A stretch of DNA of 64,000 nt from Inquilinaceae bacterium (lineage in GTDB: Bacteria > Pseudomonadota > Alphaproteobacteria > DSM-16000 > Inquilinaceae): contig CBDEGD010000006.1 of assembly GCA_965237625.1 (NCBI GenBank), forward strand, positions 52,341-116,340, read 5' to 3'. Both the position numbers and the translations under genes were made by a program. The first letter of the stretch is position 1, and each line of letters starts with the position of its first letter. The notes under the pieces are model-generated. The model searched no databases and was not told the origin of the DNA. It was given only the letters and a program-made list of their open reading frames with translations. Shown here in pieces: positions 29,114-38,814 of the stretch.

Positions 29114-29246
29114 CTAGTGTGATGGTTCTGAAGTTCGGCACATTTCATGTGCCGGACTTCAGAAGCTGAATCACACTAGAATCAAATAGATAGTGTCCCT
29201 TTGACTCTGTAATTCGCTATGGCGAATTTCAGAATCGGTGCACTAG
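29114..29246. repeat. CTAG-bounded palindromic mosaic element, copy 2 (modules A+B)
   Basis: Module A is at 29114-29179 and module B at 29191-29246. It has the same order and near-identical sequence to copy 1, and starts 20 nt after the acs stop. Confidence 0.85.
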
Positions 29247-29533
29247 GCGGGGCGCGGTTTCATCGGGCCGGAAGATGGCGGCCGGTCAGCCGCGCCTTCC
29301 TCCGCTTTGCGACCAGCGTTGTCCAATAGCGCCTGGATTCGGTCGAGATCGCCCTGGCAGCGCCGCCGTTGAACCGGCGCATCGGCCTGCCCGAAGATCG
29401 CCAGCGCCGTTTTCAGATCGTCGACGGCGCGGCGCAGTGCCGCGGCGTCCGGCTTGCGTTCGGCCAGCGCGGCCAGAGTGTTGGCCCGGGTGACCGAGGC
29501 AACGGCCCAATCGAACGGATTAAGTCTCGCGGG
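29243..29533 (-). pseudogene. Out-of-frame 3' continuation of the TPR-like gene (frameshift or relic)
   Basis: The neighbouring reading frame stays open for 96 codons beyond the TPR ORF stop. It translates to PFDWAVASVTRANTLAALAERKPDAAALRRAVDDLKTALAIFGQADAPV..., which continues the repeat pattern of the upstream ORF (..AYDWAVSQDELARALHTLSLRRAKPD.., LEEAVEALRAAAEHW). There is no usable start codon, and the stop (cta at 29243-29245) lies in the mosaic repeat. Confidence 0.4.
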
Positions 29534-30692
29534 TCAGGACGCCCAGCGCGGCATCGCTGGCGGCGAGAGAGTCCGACGGGAGATCAGGTTTGGCGCGCCG
29601 CAGCGAGAGTGTATGAAGGGCGCGGGCCAACTCGTCCTGGCTCACCGCCCAGTCATAGGCGTTCTTGTCCATTCTTAGCGGCGTTGTAGATCGCAGCGCC
29701 TCCACGGCCTGCTGCAGTAATTCCGCGTCATTGCGGCGCTCGCCAAGGCAGCGTAGCGCGAGCCCCAGGCTGCCCAGCAGCAAGGCCTGCCACTCGATCG
29801 ACTCGTCCTTGTCGAGCAGGTCCCCCTTGTCCTCGGCAATGACCGGCAGCGCGTCGCGGACCAAGGCCACTGCCTCTTCCAGGCTGTTGGTGCCTGGCTC
29901 CCGTTCTCCAAGACAGGCGAGCGCCCAGGCCAGGTTGATCTCCAAACGGGCGCCCGCCAGCGGCACCTCCTCGTTGTCCTCCGCGGCCAGCGCCGCCCGG
30001 CCGGCGGCGACGGCTTCCGCAAGCCGCTCGGTACCCTCCTTCCGCAGCCCAAGCTCAGCCAGCACGCCGCACAATTGCCATTGCACGTTGGACCAATCGG
30101 CCTTGTTGTCCGCCTTTTCCCAGTGTTCGGCGGCGGCGCGCAGGGCCTCCACGGCCTCCTCCAGGGATTTCGTCCCGAGTTCCTGATGGCTCAGGTGCAA
30201 CAGCGTCACCGCCAGATTGCTCTGGGTCAGCGCCCACTTCGAACCCTTGCCCGCCGCCTGGAGCGCCGGCAGGGCGTCGCGGAATGCCTCCGCCGACTGG
30301 CGCAGGGCGTCGATATCCGTTTCCCGGGTTCCCAATTCGCCGAAAGCCAGGCCGAGCAGGAATTGTGTGCGGCCACGGGCCAGTGGCCCGCTATTGCCGG
30401 ATTGCGCCAGTTTGTGACGACGGGCCGAGATGAAAGCCCTGAGGCTTTGAGTGCTGCCCCAGCCACCAAGCGGAACGCCGAAGGCCAGCGCGACACGCTT
30501 CACGACCGAGGCGAGAAGGAACAGACCTCCAGCGATGCAGCAGAGAGCAAAGAGCGCGGAAAGAACGGCGGTGAGGAGTATAGGGATGCTGAATTCGCCG
30601 GCGCGCCACAGAGACAGGCCAATCACTGCAAGTAAGACTGCGAGAGGCGCCAGAGCGTCCTTGGCCGAGAAGTTTTGGAAATATTTTTTCAT
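29520..30692 (-). CDS. Membrane-anchored TPR-like repeat protein
   Basis: 390 aa with two N-terminal TM helices. These are followed by about 7 degenerate 40-aa helical repeats, each containing a LxEAVxALRxA motif. Confidence 0.6.
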   Translation of the reverse strand: MKKYFQNFSAKDALAPLAVLLAVIGLSLWRAGEFSIPILLTAVLSALFALCCIAGGLFLLASVVKRVALAFGVPLGGWGSTQSLRAFISARRHKLAQSGNSGPLARGRTQFLLGLAFGELGTRETDIDALRQSAEAFRDALPALQAAGKGSKWALTQSNLAVTLLHLSHQELGTKSLEEAVEALRAAAEHWEKADNKADWSNVQWQLCGVLAELGLRKEGTERLAEAVAAGRAALAAEDNEEVPLAGARLEINLAWALACLGEREPGTNSLEEAVALVRDALPVIAEDKGDLLDKDESIEWQALLLGSLGLALRCLGERRNDAELLQQAVEALRSTTPLRMDKNAYDWAVSQDELARALHTLSLRRAKPDLPSDSLAASDAALGVLTRET

Positions 30693-30886
30693 GCTCGTCT
30701 CAAGGTCCAGGCGTTTCCGCTACGGAACTGCAAAAGCCGGACTCTCCTCTAAGGCGCAAACATATGGCAGGTATTTGATCTGCCAATCGTGAATATTTGG
30801 TTCCGTTCTAAGGGTGGCCGGTGGGCAAGGCGCATACGGTGTATGTCGGAAATGCGGGCGGACAAAACGCGCCGATCCGTATAGTC

Positions 30887-31789
30887 ATGGCCGCCATGAC
30901 TGGGCCCCCCTCAGACCGAACTCCTCGTGCCCTCTTGATGCCGGCGGTGTTCGTCTTTCTATGGAGCACCGGGTTCATCGGCGCGAAGCTGGGACTGCCC
31001 TCGGCGGAGCCCATGACCTTCCTGACCATCCGATTTGGGCTGGTCAGCGTCTTGCTGCTGGGCCTGGTCCTCATCATGAAGGCTCACTGGCCTGAGACGT
31101 TGGCTGAATTCGGCCACATCGCGGTGGCCGGTTTTCTGTTGCAGGGTATGTATCTCGGCGGGGTCTTCGCCTCGATCGAACAAGGGGTCGACGCGGGGGT
31201 GGCGGCCCTGATCGTCTCATCCCAACCATTGCTGACGGCCGTTCTTGCCAGGCCGGTTCTGGGCGAGCGGGTCAGCGGGCGGCAATGGACCGGCTTCCTG
31301 TTGGGCTTCTGCGGCGTCACGCTGGTGGTCTGGCAGAAGCTGGGGCAGGGGATCGGCACGCCCTTCGGCATGGGACTTTCAGTCCTCGGCCTCCTATCCA
31401 TCACCGCCGGCACCCTCTATCAGAAACGCTTCTGCGCCGACATGCCGCTGCGCAGCGGTTACGTGATCCAATTCGCGGTCAGCACCCTGGCGGTCGGCGT
31501 CATGGCCATGGCGTTCGAGACGCGGGTGGTCGCCTGGACTGCCGAATTCGTTTTTGCGCTAGGCTGGCTGGTGATCGTGCTCTCCTTCGGCGCAGTTACA
31601 TTGTTCTACATCTTGATCCGCCGGGGTGCGGCGTCCCGTGTTGCCAGTCTCTTCTATCTGGTGCCGCCCTCGACCGCCCTTTTGGCATGGCTGCTGTTCG
31701 ACGAGACATTCGGGCCTTGGGCGCTCGCGGGCATGGGATTGGTCGTGCTTGGGGTCGCGCTGGTCAATCTGACGCCCCGCCAGACATAG
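30887..31789 (+). CDS. DMT-superfamily (EamA-like) transporter
   Basis: ORF 30821..31789; the start at MAAMTGPP (30887) is preferred. It has ten hydrophobic helices and duplicated EamA-type halves (FLWSTGFIGAK...; FYLVPPSTALLAWLLF). Confidence 0.75.
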   Translation: MAAMTGPPSDRTPRALLMPAVFVFLWSTGFIGAKLGLPSAEPMTFLTIRFGLVSVLLLGLVLIMKAHWPETLAEFGHIAVAGFLLQGMYLGGVFASIEQGVDAGVAALIVSSQPLLTAVLARPVLGERVSGRQWTGFLLGFCGVTLVVWQKLGQGIGTPFGMGLSVLGLLSITAGTLYQKRFCADMPLRSGYVIQFAVSTLAVGVMAMAFETRVVAWTAEFVFALGWLVIVLSFGAVTLFYILIRRGAASRVASLFYLVPPSTALLAWLLFDETFGPWALAGMGLVVLGVALVNLTPRQT

Positions 31790-31807
31790 CCTGCCCGGGC
31801 CGGATCT

Positions 31808-31996
31808 TCAGAAGTCGGTGCAGCGTCCGTCGACTTCCCAGTCGCCATAGCGAGTCGGCTCCGGACCTTTTGGTCCGCCGACTTCTCCCGATTTCTGCTT
31901 TGGGCCGGTCGTGTCCGCGGGCTGATCGGCTTTGCCGGGCTCCGACGAATGCGGCCGGTTCTTCGCCGGGTCCGGATTGGATTTGCTCATGGCCAT
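31808..31996 (-). CDS. DUF1674 / SDHAF4-like small protein
   Basis: MAMSKSNPDPAKN...GGPKGPEPTRYGDWEVDGRCTDF*. The C-terminal EPTRYGDWExxGRxxDF is the DUF1674 signature. This gene is the 3' part of the spurious 350-aa ORF 31808..32860. Confidence 0.7.
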   Translation of the reverse strand: MAMSKSNPDPAKNRPHSSEPGKADQPADTTGPKQKSGEVGGPKGPEPTRYGDWEVDGRCTDF

Positions 31997-32044
31997 AATA
32001 TAGGCCGCGCGCGCCGGAAATTCACCGTCCGGGTTTGGACCCCC

Positions 32045-33391
32045 ATGGCCCGGGCGCCGTCTCGACAGCCCGGCGGCAACGCGGTACACCCCGCGGCCAT
32101 GGAAATGTCCGGACTGGCCGCCCGTCGCGCCGCCCTCGACCTCATTCGCGCCGTGCTCGGCCAGCATCGGCCGCTGGACGATGCGCTGGAGGCGCCGGCC
32201 CTGGCCGCGCTTGAGCCGCGCGACCGTGCCTTCGCCCGGCTGCTGGCGGCGACGGTGCTGCGCCGGCTGGGACAGATCGATCCGCTGATCGCCGAGGCCG
32301 TGCAGCGGCCGCTGCCGCGCAACGCCGTCGCCGTGCGCGATGTGCTGCGGCTGGGACTGGTACAATTGCTGTTCCTGGGAACCCCGGCCCATGCGGCCGT
32401 CGCCACCTCCGTGGAACTGGTCGACGATGCCGGGCTCGATCGGTTCAAGGGGCTGGTCAACGCCGTGCTGCGCCGCTTCGGTCGCGAGGGCGAGGCAATG
32501 CTGGCTGTGCAGGACGCGGCCCGGCTCAACACGCCGGACTGGCTGTGGGCGGCGTGGCAGGAGGCCTATGGCGAGGTGACCGCGCGGGCGATCGCTGAAG
32601 CGCATCTGACCGAGGCGCCGCTCGACATCACCGTCAAGTCGGACCCGGAACAGTGGTCGGAAGCGCTGGAGGCGCAGATCCTGCCGACCGGAAGCCTGCG
32701 CCGGCCGGCTGGCGGCTCTGTGACCGAATTGCCCGGATTCGCGGATGGGGGCTGGTGGGTACAGGATGCCGGCGCGGCGCTTTCGGCGCGGCTGTTCGGG
32801 GATATTGCCGGGTTGCGGATCGCTGATCTGTGCGCCGCGCCGGGTGGCAAGACGGCGCAACTCGCCGCGGCCGGCGCGCAGGTGACGGCCATCGACCGGT
32901 CCGAACGCCGACTTGGCGTCCTGCGCCGAAACCTTTCCCGGCTCGGCCTGGAGGCGGAAATCGTGGTGGCCGATGCGGTGGCATGGCGACCGGGAGAGTT
33001 ATTGGACGCGGTGTTGCTCGATGCGCCGTGCAGCGCCACGGGAACCATCCGCCGTCATCCCGACATCCAGCGCCTGAAAGGCCCCGAGGATGTGACCAAG
33101 CTGGCCGATCTGCAGGCGCGGCTGCTGGCCCATGCCGTGACGCTGGTGCGCCCCGGCGGGCAGATTATCTGGTGTACCTGTTCGCTACAGCCGGAAGAGG
33201 GCGAACGGCAGATCGCCCAACTATTGGCCTCCGGAGCGCCGGTTCGCCGCGTGCCGATCGGGGCCGAGGAGGTCGGTGGGCTTGCCGAGATCGTCACCGT
33301 CGAGGGCGAACTCCGCACTCTGCCATGCCACGGCCAGGACTGGGGCGGCCTCGACGGATTCCATATCGCGCGGCTGCACCGGGATGGCTGA
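32045..33391 (+). CDS. rsmB: 16S rRNA (cytosine967-C5)-methyltransferase
   Basis: ORF 31949..33391, trimmed to MARAPS. It has a NusB-like N-domain and a Sun/NOL1 catalytic core (DLCAAPGGKT, VLLDAPCSATGTIRRHPD, IWCTCSLQPEEGE). Confidence 0.85.
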   Translation: MARAPSRQPGGNAVHPAAMEMSGLAARRAALDLIRAVLGQHRPLDDALEAPALAALEPRDRAFARLLAATVLRRLGQIDPLIAEAVQRPLPRNAVAVRDVLRLGLVQLLFLGTPAHAAVATSVELVDDAGLDRFKGLVNAVLRRFGREGEAMLAVQDAARLNTPDWLWAAWQEAYGEVTARAIAEAHLTEAPLDITVKSDPEQWSEALEAQILPTGSLRRPAGGSVTELPGFADGGWWVQDAGAALSARLFGDIAGLRIADLCAAPGGKTAQLAAAGAQVTAIDRSERRLGVLRRNLSRLGLEAEIVVADAVAWRPGELLDAVLLDAPCSATGTIRRHPDIQRLKGPEDVTKLADLQARLLAHAVTLVRPGGQIIWCTCSLQPEEGERQIAQLLASGAPVRRVPIGAEEVGGLAEIVTVEGELRTLPCHGQDWGGLDGFHIARLHRDG

Positions 33392-33452
33392 TCGGCCCGC
33401 GCAGACCGTGGCCAGTACCTCAAATGCAGGCTAAAGTTCCCCGAATCGAGTG

Positions 33453-33715
33453 ATACCAAGGATCGCTGATAATGACCCATTTGATGGCGTGCGGCGCCCC
33501 GCCGGGCAGGCGCGGTTTGCAGCGCGATGCAAATGCATCGGGCAAGGGCCGCAACGTACCCGGCGGGGCGCCGCACGCCACCGAAGGCCGGGTTGCCTTG
33601 TCCGCCCGCTGCGTTGCGATCCGCTCGCGGTGCCACGGCACCGCCACGCGAACCGCGCCTGACGGGCGGACAAGGCAACCCGGTCAAATGGGTCATTATC
33701 AGCGATCCTTGGTAT
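33453..33715. repeat. 263-bp structured inverted-repeat element (MITE-like or structured RNA)
   Basis: The 32-bp terminal inverted repeats are perfect: ATACCAAGGATCGCTGATAATGACCCATTTGA at 33453-33484, with its exact reverse complement at 33684-33715. Inside are two 21-bp perfect hairpin stems. Stem 1 is ggcgtgcggcgccccgccggg (33487-33507) paired with cccggcggggcgccgcacgcc (33560-33580). Stem 2 is ccgggttgccttgtccgcccg (33589-33609) paired with cgggcggacaaggcaacccgg (33663-33683). Confidence 0.8.
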
Positions 33716-33724
33716 GAGAGCGCC

Positions 33725-34387
33725 ATGCAACAGCCAACCCGTATCGCCCCCTCCATCCTGTCCGCCGATTTCGCCCGGCTTGGCGAGGAAGTTCAGGCCA
33801 TGGAGGAGGCCGGCGCCGACGCGCTGCATGTCGACATCATGGATGGGCATTTCGTACCCAATCTGACGATCGGGGCGGGCGTGGTCAAAGCGCTGCGGCC
33901 GCTGGTGAAAATTCCGTTCGACGTGCATCTGATGATCGCGCCGGCGGAGCCCTTCGTGGAGGCTTTCGCCGATGCCGGGGCGGATACGATCACCTTCCAC
34001 CCGGAGGCCGATTGGCATCCGCATCGCACGATCCAGCAGATCAAGGCGCGGGGCAAGCGGGCAGGTCTTGCGCTCAATCCCGGAACTCCCGTATCGGCGG
34101 TCGAAACCCTTCTGGGGGACGTCGATCTGGTGTTGGCGATGACCGTCAATCCGGGCTTCGGTGGGCAGAAATTCATCGACTCGGTGCTCGACAAAGTCGC
34201 GGTTCTGCGGCGCATGATCGACGCGAGCGGTCGGACGATTGATCTAGAGGTGGATGGCGGCGTCAATTTGGAGACCGCACCGCGCGTGGTTGCCGCCGGC
34301 GCGGATCTTCTGGTCGCCGGCACCGCCGGATTTGCCGGCGGTCCATCGGGTTACGCGGCGAACATCACCGCGCTTAAAGGACGATGA
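33725..34387 (+). CDS. rpe: Ribulose-phosphate 3-epimerase
   Basis: ORF 33527..34387, trimmed to MQQPTRIAPSILSADF (ATG at 33725). Motifs include HVDIMDGHFVPN, DVHLM, MTVNPGFGGQKF and EVDGG. Confidence 0.92.
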   Translation: MQQPTRIAPSILSADFARLGEEVQAMEEAGADALHVDIMDGHFVPNLTIGAGVVKALRPLVKIPFDVHLMIAPAEPFVEAFADAGADTITFHPEADWHPHRTIQQIKARGKRAGLALNPGTPVSAVETLLGDVDLVLAMTVNPGFGGQKFIDSVLDKVAVLRRMIDASGRTIDLEVDGGVNLETAPRVVAAGADLLVAGTAGFAGGPSGYAANITALKGR

Positions 34388-34486
34388 GATGAGGTCAATT
34401 GACCTCATCCCTGAATCGTCCTCTAGAACATTGGAGTGGATCGGGATGATTTGAAGTCGATTCGACTTCATATCATCCCGATCTAG
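34378..34486. repeat. CTAG-bounded palindromic mosaic element, copy 4 (modules C'+D')
   Basis: Module C' is aggacgatgagatgaggtcaattgacctcatccctgaatcgtcctctag and module D' is ggagtggatcgggatgatttgaagtcgattcgacttcatatcatcccgatctag. They are related to modules C and D at 38811-38924, and the element overlaps the rpe stop codon. Confidence 0.75.
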
Positions 34487-34503
34487 GGGATAACAGACGG
34501 CAC

Positions 34504-36168
34504 ATGGTCGACGGTCGGATTTCGGTCGGCGGTTTTACCGAAGGGCTGCGCACGCTGGCCTTCGGCAATCCCCTTTATTCTCTCACTCTGGGCCGGGGTG
34601 GTCCGACCCGTCTTGAGGCGGTGCCGCCGGATCCATGGCCGGGCGACGCCGATCGCGGCGCGGCGCTATGCGCCGGCGAGTACCGCTTCGCCGGACGCAC
34701 CTTGGTTTCCGAGATACCCCTATGGCAGCCGGTCGGCGTCGGTGACGCCTTTTTGGCGGAGTTGCACCGCTTCGACTGGCTGCGCGATCTGCGCGCGGTG
34801 GGTGGCGACTCGGCCAGGCGGCAGGCCCGGAACCTGGTCGGGTCGTGGATCGACCGCCATGATTCCTGGCATCCGCTGACCTGGCGTCCGGATGTGCTCG
34901 GGCTCCGCATCGCGAACTGGCTCGGCACCCATGATTTCTACTGCGCCAGTGCCGATGACCGGTTTCGGGCGCGGATTTTCGCCAGCCTGTTCCGCCAAAC
35001 CCGACATCTGGCGCGGGCCCTGCCGGGCGGGCTGAAGGCCGTGCCGCTGTTGGTCGCCCTGAAAGGCTTGTTCTACGGCATGTTGTGTCTGCCCGGCGCG
35101 GAATCGCGGCTGGAGCCGGCGCTGAAATTGCTGGCCCAGGCGCTGAAGGACCAGATCTTGCCGGATGGCGGACATGTCCAGCGCAGCCCGGCGATCCATC
35201 TCGACCTGCTGCGCCATCTGATCGACCTGCGCGCCGTCATGCGGGCGGCCAAGGCCGAGGTTCCCGAAGCGCTGCAGCATGCCATCGACCGCATGGCGCC
35301 GGCCGTCCGGTTCTTCCTGCATGGGGATGGCGGGCTCGCTCTGTTCAACGGCACCCGCGAGGGCGAGGCGGTGCTGGTCGACGCGGCTTTGGCCCAGGCC
35401 GATGCGCCGGGACGGCCGTTGAAGAGTGCGCGGCATTGCGGTTTCGAGCGCATTCAGGCCGGTCGAACCCTGATGCTCATGGATGTCGGGCAGCCCCCCC
35501 TGGCCGGCCTCGATGCCGGAACCCATGCCGGGACACTGTGCTTCGAGCTGTCGGTGGGCCGCGAGCGCATGATCGTGAATTGCGGCTCCATGGCCGGCCT
35601 CGACCCGGCGCCCAATGGCGCCCAGGCGGCGGCTTGGGCATTGGCGCTGCGCGGTACGGCGGCCCATTCGACACTGACCGTCGATGACACGAACTCCAGC
35701 GAGGCGGTCGCCGATGGCGGCTTGGCGCGGCGGCCGTCCAAAGTCACCGTGGAGCGCCAGGAGGAAGACGGTGCGGTGCTGATCGAGGCCAGCCATGACG
35801 GCTATCGCCGGCCCTTCGGCATGACCCATCACCGGCGGGTCTTCGTCAATGCCACCGGCGACGACATTCGCGGCGAGGATCGTTTGGAGGGCGGCCGCAC
35901 CCGGCCCTTTGCCCTGCGGTTCCATTTGCACCCTTCGGTCCAGGTTTCCGCCGTGCAGGGCGGCACGGCCGCGCTGATCAGGCTCGGTGGCGGGGCCGGC
36001 TGGCGCCTGCGTGCCGATGGCGGCGATCTCTCCATCGAGGAGAGCATCTATTGCGGCGTGGAGTCCGACATTCGCCGAACCAGCCAGATCGTCATCTCCG
36101 GCCACACCGAGGCCGGCAAGACGCCCACCCTCGTCAAGTGGGGCCTGCGCCGCGAGCGCAAGGACTGA
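34504..36168 (+). CDS. Heparinase II/III-family protein
   Basis: 554 aa. The N-terminus (PDPWPGDADRGAALCAGEYRFAGRT...LHRFDWLRDLRA) and C-terminal half (AGTLCFELSVGRERMIVNCG...AHSTLTV) match the conserved alphaproteobacterial heparinase II/III-like family. That family is often found between rpe and purH. Confidence 0.7.
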   Translation: MVDGRISVGGFTEGLRTLAFGNPLYSLTLGRGGPTRLEAVPPDPWPGDADRGAALCAGEYRFAGRTLVSEIPLWQPVGVGDAFLAELHRFDWLRDLRAVGGDSARRQARNLVGSWIDRHDSWHPLTWRPDVLGLRIANWLGTHDFYCASADDRFRARIFASLFRQTRHLARALPGGLKAVPLLVALKGLFYGMLCLPGAESRLEPALKLLAQALKDQILPDGGHVQRSPAIHLDLLRHLIDLRAVMRAAKAEVPEALQHAIDRMAPAVRFFLHGDGGLALFNGTREGEAVLVDAALAQADAPGRPLKSARHCGFERIQAGRTLMLMDVGQPPLAGLDAGTHAGTLCFELSVGRERMIVNCGSMAGLDPAPNGAQAAAWALALRGTAAHSTLTVDDTNSSEAVADGGLARRPSKVTVERQEEDGAVLIEASHDGYRRPFGMTHHRRVFVNATGDDIRGEDRLEGGRTRPFALRFHLHPSVQVSAVQGGTAALIRLGGGAGWRLRADGGDLSIEESIYCGVESDIRRTSQIVISGHTEAGKTPTLVKWGLRRERKD

Positions 36169-36272
36169 TCCGGGCGTTCGGCCCGCAGCTCGGAATCGGC
36201 GACTCAGGATCGGCAATCCAATGCCGCGCCCGGCGCGTATAAGAAAGGTCGCCAACAAAGAACTGGGTTCCG

Positions 36273-37130
36273 ATGGTCACAGCCTTTGCGCATCGTGTTG
36301 TCCTCGCCGCTTTGCTGCCGTTTCTCCTGGGCGCCTGTTCCGCCGCCGATCTGCTGAACGCGACCGTGCCCAAGGAGGGGTACACGCTCAGCGAAGGCAT
36401 CGCCTTTGGAGACGATCCGCGCCACCGGCTGGATGTCTACGTCCCGGACGATCTGGCCGGGCCGGTGCCGGTCGTTGTCTTCTTTTATGGCGGAAGCTGG
36501 CGCAATGGCGACCGGCAGGATTACCTGTTCGTGGGAGAGGCCCTGGCGTCACGCGGCTTCGTCGCCGTGATCCCCGACTACCGGCTGTACCCCGATGTCG
36601 CTTTCCCGGATTTTCTGGCCGACAGCGCCAACGCGGTCCGCTGGGTCCGCGAGTCGATCGCGGGGCATGATGGCGATCCGGATCGGATCTTCCTGATGGG
36701 GCATTCGGCGGGTGCCTACAATGCCGCAATGCTGGCAGTCGACGCCCGCTATCTGGCGGAGGCCGGGCTCGACCGGACGGTCATAGACGGCGTGATCGGC
36801 CTTGCCGGTCCCTACGATTTTCTGCCCCTGGACACGCGCGTAACCCGCCGTGTGTTCGGCGCGGCGCCGGACCTCCTGCAGACCCAGCCGGTGACCTTCG
36901 TCGACGGAGATACGCCGCCGCTGCTGCTCGTCACCGGTACCGACGACACCATCGTGCGTCCACGCAACAGCGAGTCCCTCGCGGGCTTGGCGAATAGGTC
37001 CGGCGGCTCGGCCAGCCTTCGTTTCTACCCGGGAATCGGCCATTTCCGCTTGGTTCTGTCCCTCGCGGACGGCTATCGGGGCGACGCGCCGGTGCTCGAC
37101 GATGTGGAGGCGTTCATCCGCGGTCGATAG
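36273..37130 (+). CDS. Alpha/beta hydrolase (esterase/lipase type) with a signal peptide
   Basis: Oxyanion region VVVFFYGGSWRNGD and nucleophile elbow LMGHSAGAY (GxSxG). Confidence 0.75.
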   Translation: MVTAFAHRVVLAALLPFLLGACSAADLLNATVPKEGYTLSEGIAFGDDPRHRLDVYVPDDLAGPVPVVVFFYGGSWRNGDRQDYLFVGEALASRGFVAVIPDYRLYPDVAFPDFLADSANAVRWVRESIAGHDGDPDRIFLMGHSAGAYNAAMLAVDARYLAEAGLDRTVIDGVIGLAGPYDFLPLDTRVTRRVFGAAPDLLQTQPVTFVDGDTPPLLLVTGTDDTIVRPRNSESLAGLANRSGGSASLRFYPGIGHFRLVLSLADGYRGDAPVLDDVEAFIRGR

Positions 37131-37215
37131 CCGCTCGCGTTAGGGTTCGCGGTAAGGCTCGCAGTCGGGGGGCAAACGCTCTAAAAGAGCGCCGTTACCG
37201 CCCCACCGACCATCA

Positions 37216-38814
37216 TTGCGAGCCATGCCCGATACACCTCTCGTCGTGAACCGCGCCCTGATCTCCGTGTTCGACAAGCGCGGGATCGTCGATCTCGCCC
37301 GTTTCCTGGCCGGCCAGGGTGTCGAAATCCTGTCGACCGGAGGGTCCGCCAAGGCGCTCCAGGATGCCGGAATCCCGATCACCCAGGTGTCGGACCACAC
37401 TGGTTTTCCGGAAATCATGGATGGACGGGTCAAGACCCTGCATCCGAAGATCCATGGCGGGCTGCTGGCGCGGCGGGATGTGGCGGAGCACCAACAGGCG
37501 ATGGCCGATCAGGGCATCGTGCCGATCGATCTGCTGGTCTCCAATCTGTACCCGTTCGAGGAGACGGTGGCCGCCGGCTCGGATTTCGAGGCCTGCATCG
37601 AGAACATCGATATCGGCGGACCGGCAATGATCCGCGCCGCGGCGAAGAATCATGATTTCGTGGCCGTCGTTACCGATCCCGGGGATTATGGGACGGTGAT
37701 CTCGGAGATCGAGGGCGAGGGCGGCGTCACCGGTGCGCTGCGCCGGCATCTGGCGGCGGCGGCATTCGCCCGCACGGCGGCCTATGATGCAGCAGTGTCG
37801 GGATGGTTCGCCGGCGTGCTCGATACACCGTTTCCGTCGCGCCTCACGGTGTCGGGGCAGTTGATGGAAAGCCTGCGGTACGGCGAGAACCCGCACCAGC
37901 GCGCGGCACTCTATCGCGCCGATCCGGCACGGCCGGGAATCGTTTCCGGCCGCCAGGTCCAGGGCAAGGCGCTCAGCTTCAACAACATCAACGATGCCGA
38001 CGCCGCCTTCGAACTGGTCGCCGAGTTCGAGGGTCCGGCGATCGCCATCATCAAGCACGCCAACCCGTGCGGGGTCGCCACCGCCGACAGCTTGGCGACC
38101 GCCTATTTCAAGGCCCTGGCCTGCGATCCGGTCAGCGCCTTTGGTGGCATAATCGCCGCCAACCGCACACTGGACGTGGCCACCGCCACCGCCGTAGCGG
38201 AGCTGTTCGCCGAGGTGGTGATCGCGCCGGATGCCGATGAGACCGCACTTGAGGTGTTGTCCGCCAAGAAGAATCTGCGTGTCGTCCTGACCGGCGCCAT
38301 GCCCGACCCGGCGGTCGGCGGGCTGACCATGCGGACCGTCGCAGGCGGGTTGCTGGTTCAGGATCGCGATATTGGCAACGTCGCCGCCGAGCAGTTGGAC
38401 GTGGTCACCAAACGGTCGCCGACCGATGCCGAACTGGCCGATATGCTATTCGCGTTCCGGGTGGCAAAGCATGTGAAATCGAACGCCATTGTTTATGTCC
38501 GGGGCGGCACGACCGTCGGCATTGGCGCCGGCCAGATGAGCCGGGTCGACAGCGCTCGCACGGCGGTTGCCAAGGCCGCCGAGATCGCGGCGATGGAAGG
38601 CAGTGGCGGTGGCGGTGGGTCGCCTATCGTCGGGTCGGTCGTCGCATCCGAAGCGTTCTTTCCCTTCGCCGACGGGCTGTTGACCGCGATAAAAGCCGGC
38701 GCGACAGCCGTGATCCAGCCTGGCGGATCCATGCGCGACCAGGAGGTGATCGCCGCCGCCGACCAGGCTGGCATCGCTATGGTCTTCACCGGGATGCGAC
38801 ATTTCCGGCACTAG
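37216..38814 (+). CDS. purH: Bifunctional AICAR transformylase / IMP cyclohydrolase
   Basis: 532 aa. Motifs include [51 protein letters not shown] and the C-terminal GMRHFRH. Confidence 0.95.
   Translation: MRAMPDTPLVVNRALISVFDKRGIVDLARFLAGQGVEILSTGGSAKALQDAGIPITQVSDHTGFPEIMDGRVKTLHPKIHGGLLARRDVAEHQQAMADQGIVPIDLLVSNLYPFEETVAAGSDFEACIENIDIGGPAMIRAAAKNHDFVAVVTDPGDYGTVISEIEGEGGVTGALRRHLAAAAFARTAAYDAAVSGWFAGVLDTPFPSRLTVSGQLMESLRYGENPHQRAALYRADPARPGIVSGRQVQGKALSFNNINDADAAFELVAEFEGPAIAIIKHANPCGVATADSLATAYFKALACDPVSAFGGIIAANRTLDVATATAVAELFAEVVIAPDADETALEVLSAKKNLRVVLTGAMPDPAVGGLTMRTVAGGLLVQDRDIGNVAAEQLDVVTKRSPTDAELADMLFAFRVAKHVKSNAIVYVRGGTTVGIGAGQMSRVDSARTAVAKAAEIAAMEGSGGGGGSPIVGSVVASEAFFPFADGLLTAIKAGATAVIQPGGSMRDQEVIAAADQAGIAMVFTGMRHFRH

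Noticed and set aside
33527-33724. The N-terminal 66 residues of the 286-aa rpe ORF
   Set aside because: This part is a translation through the inverted-repeat element (Arg/Ala/Pro-rich). The canonical Rpe N-terminus MQQPTRIAPSILSADF starts at 33725.
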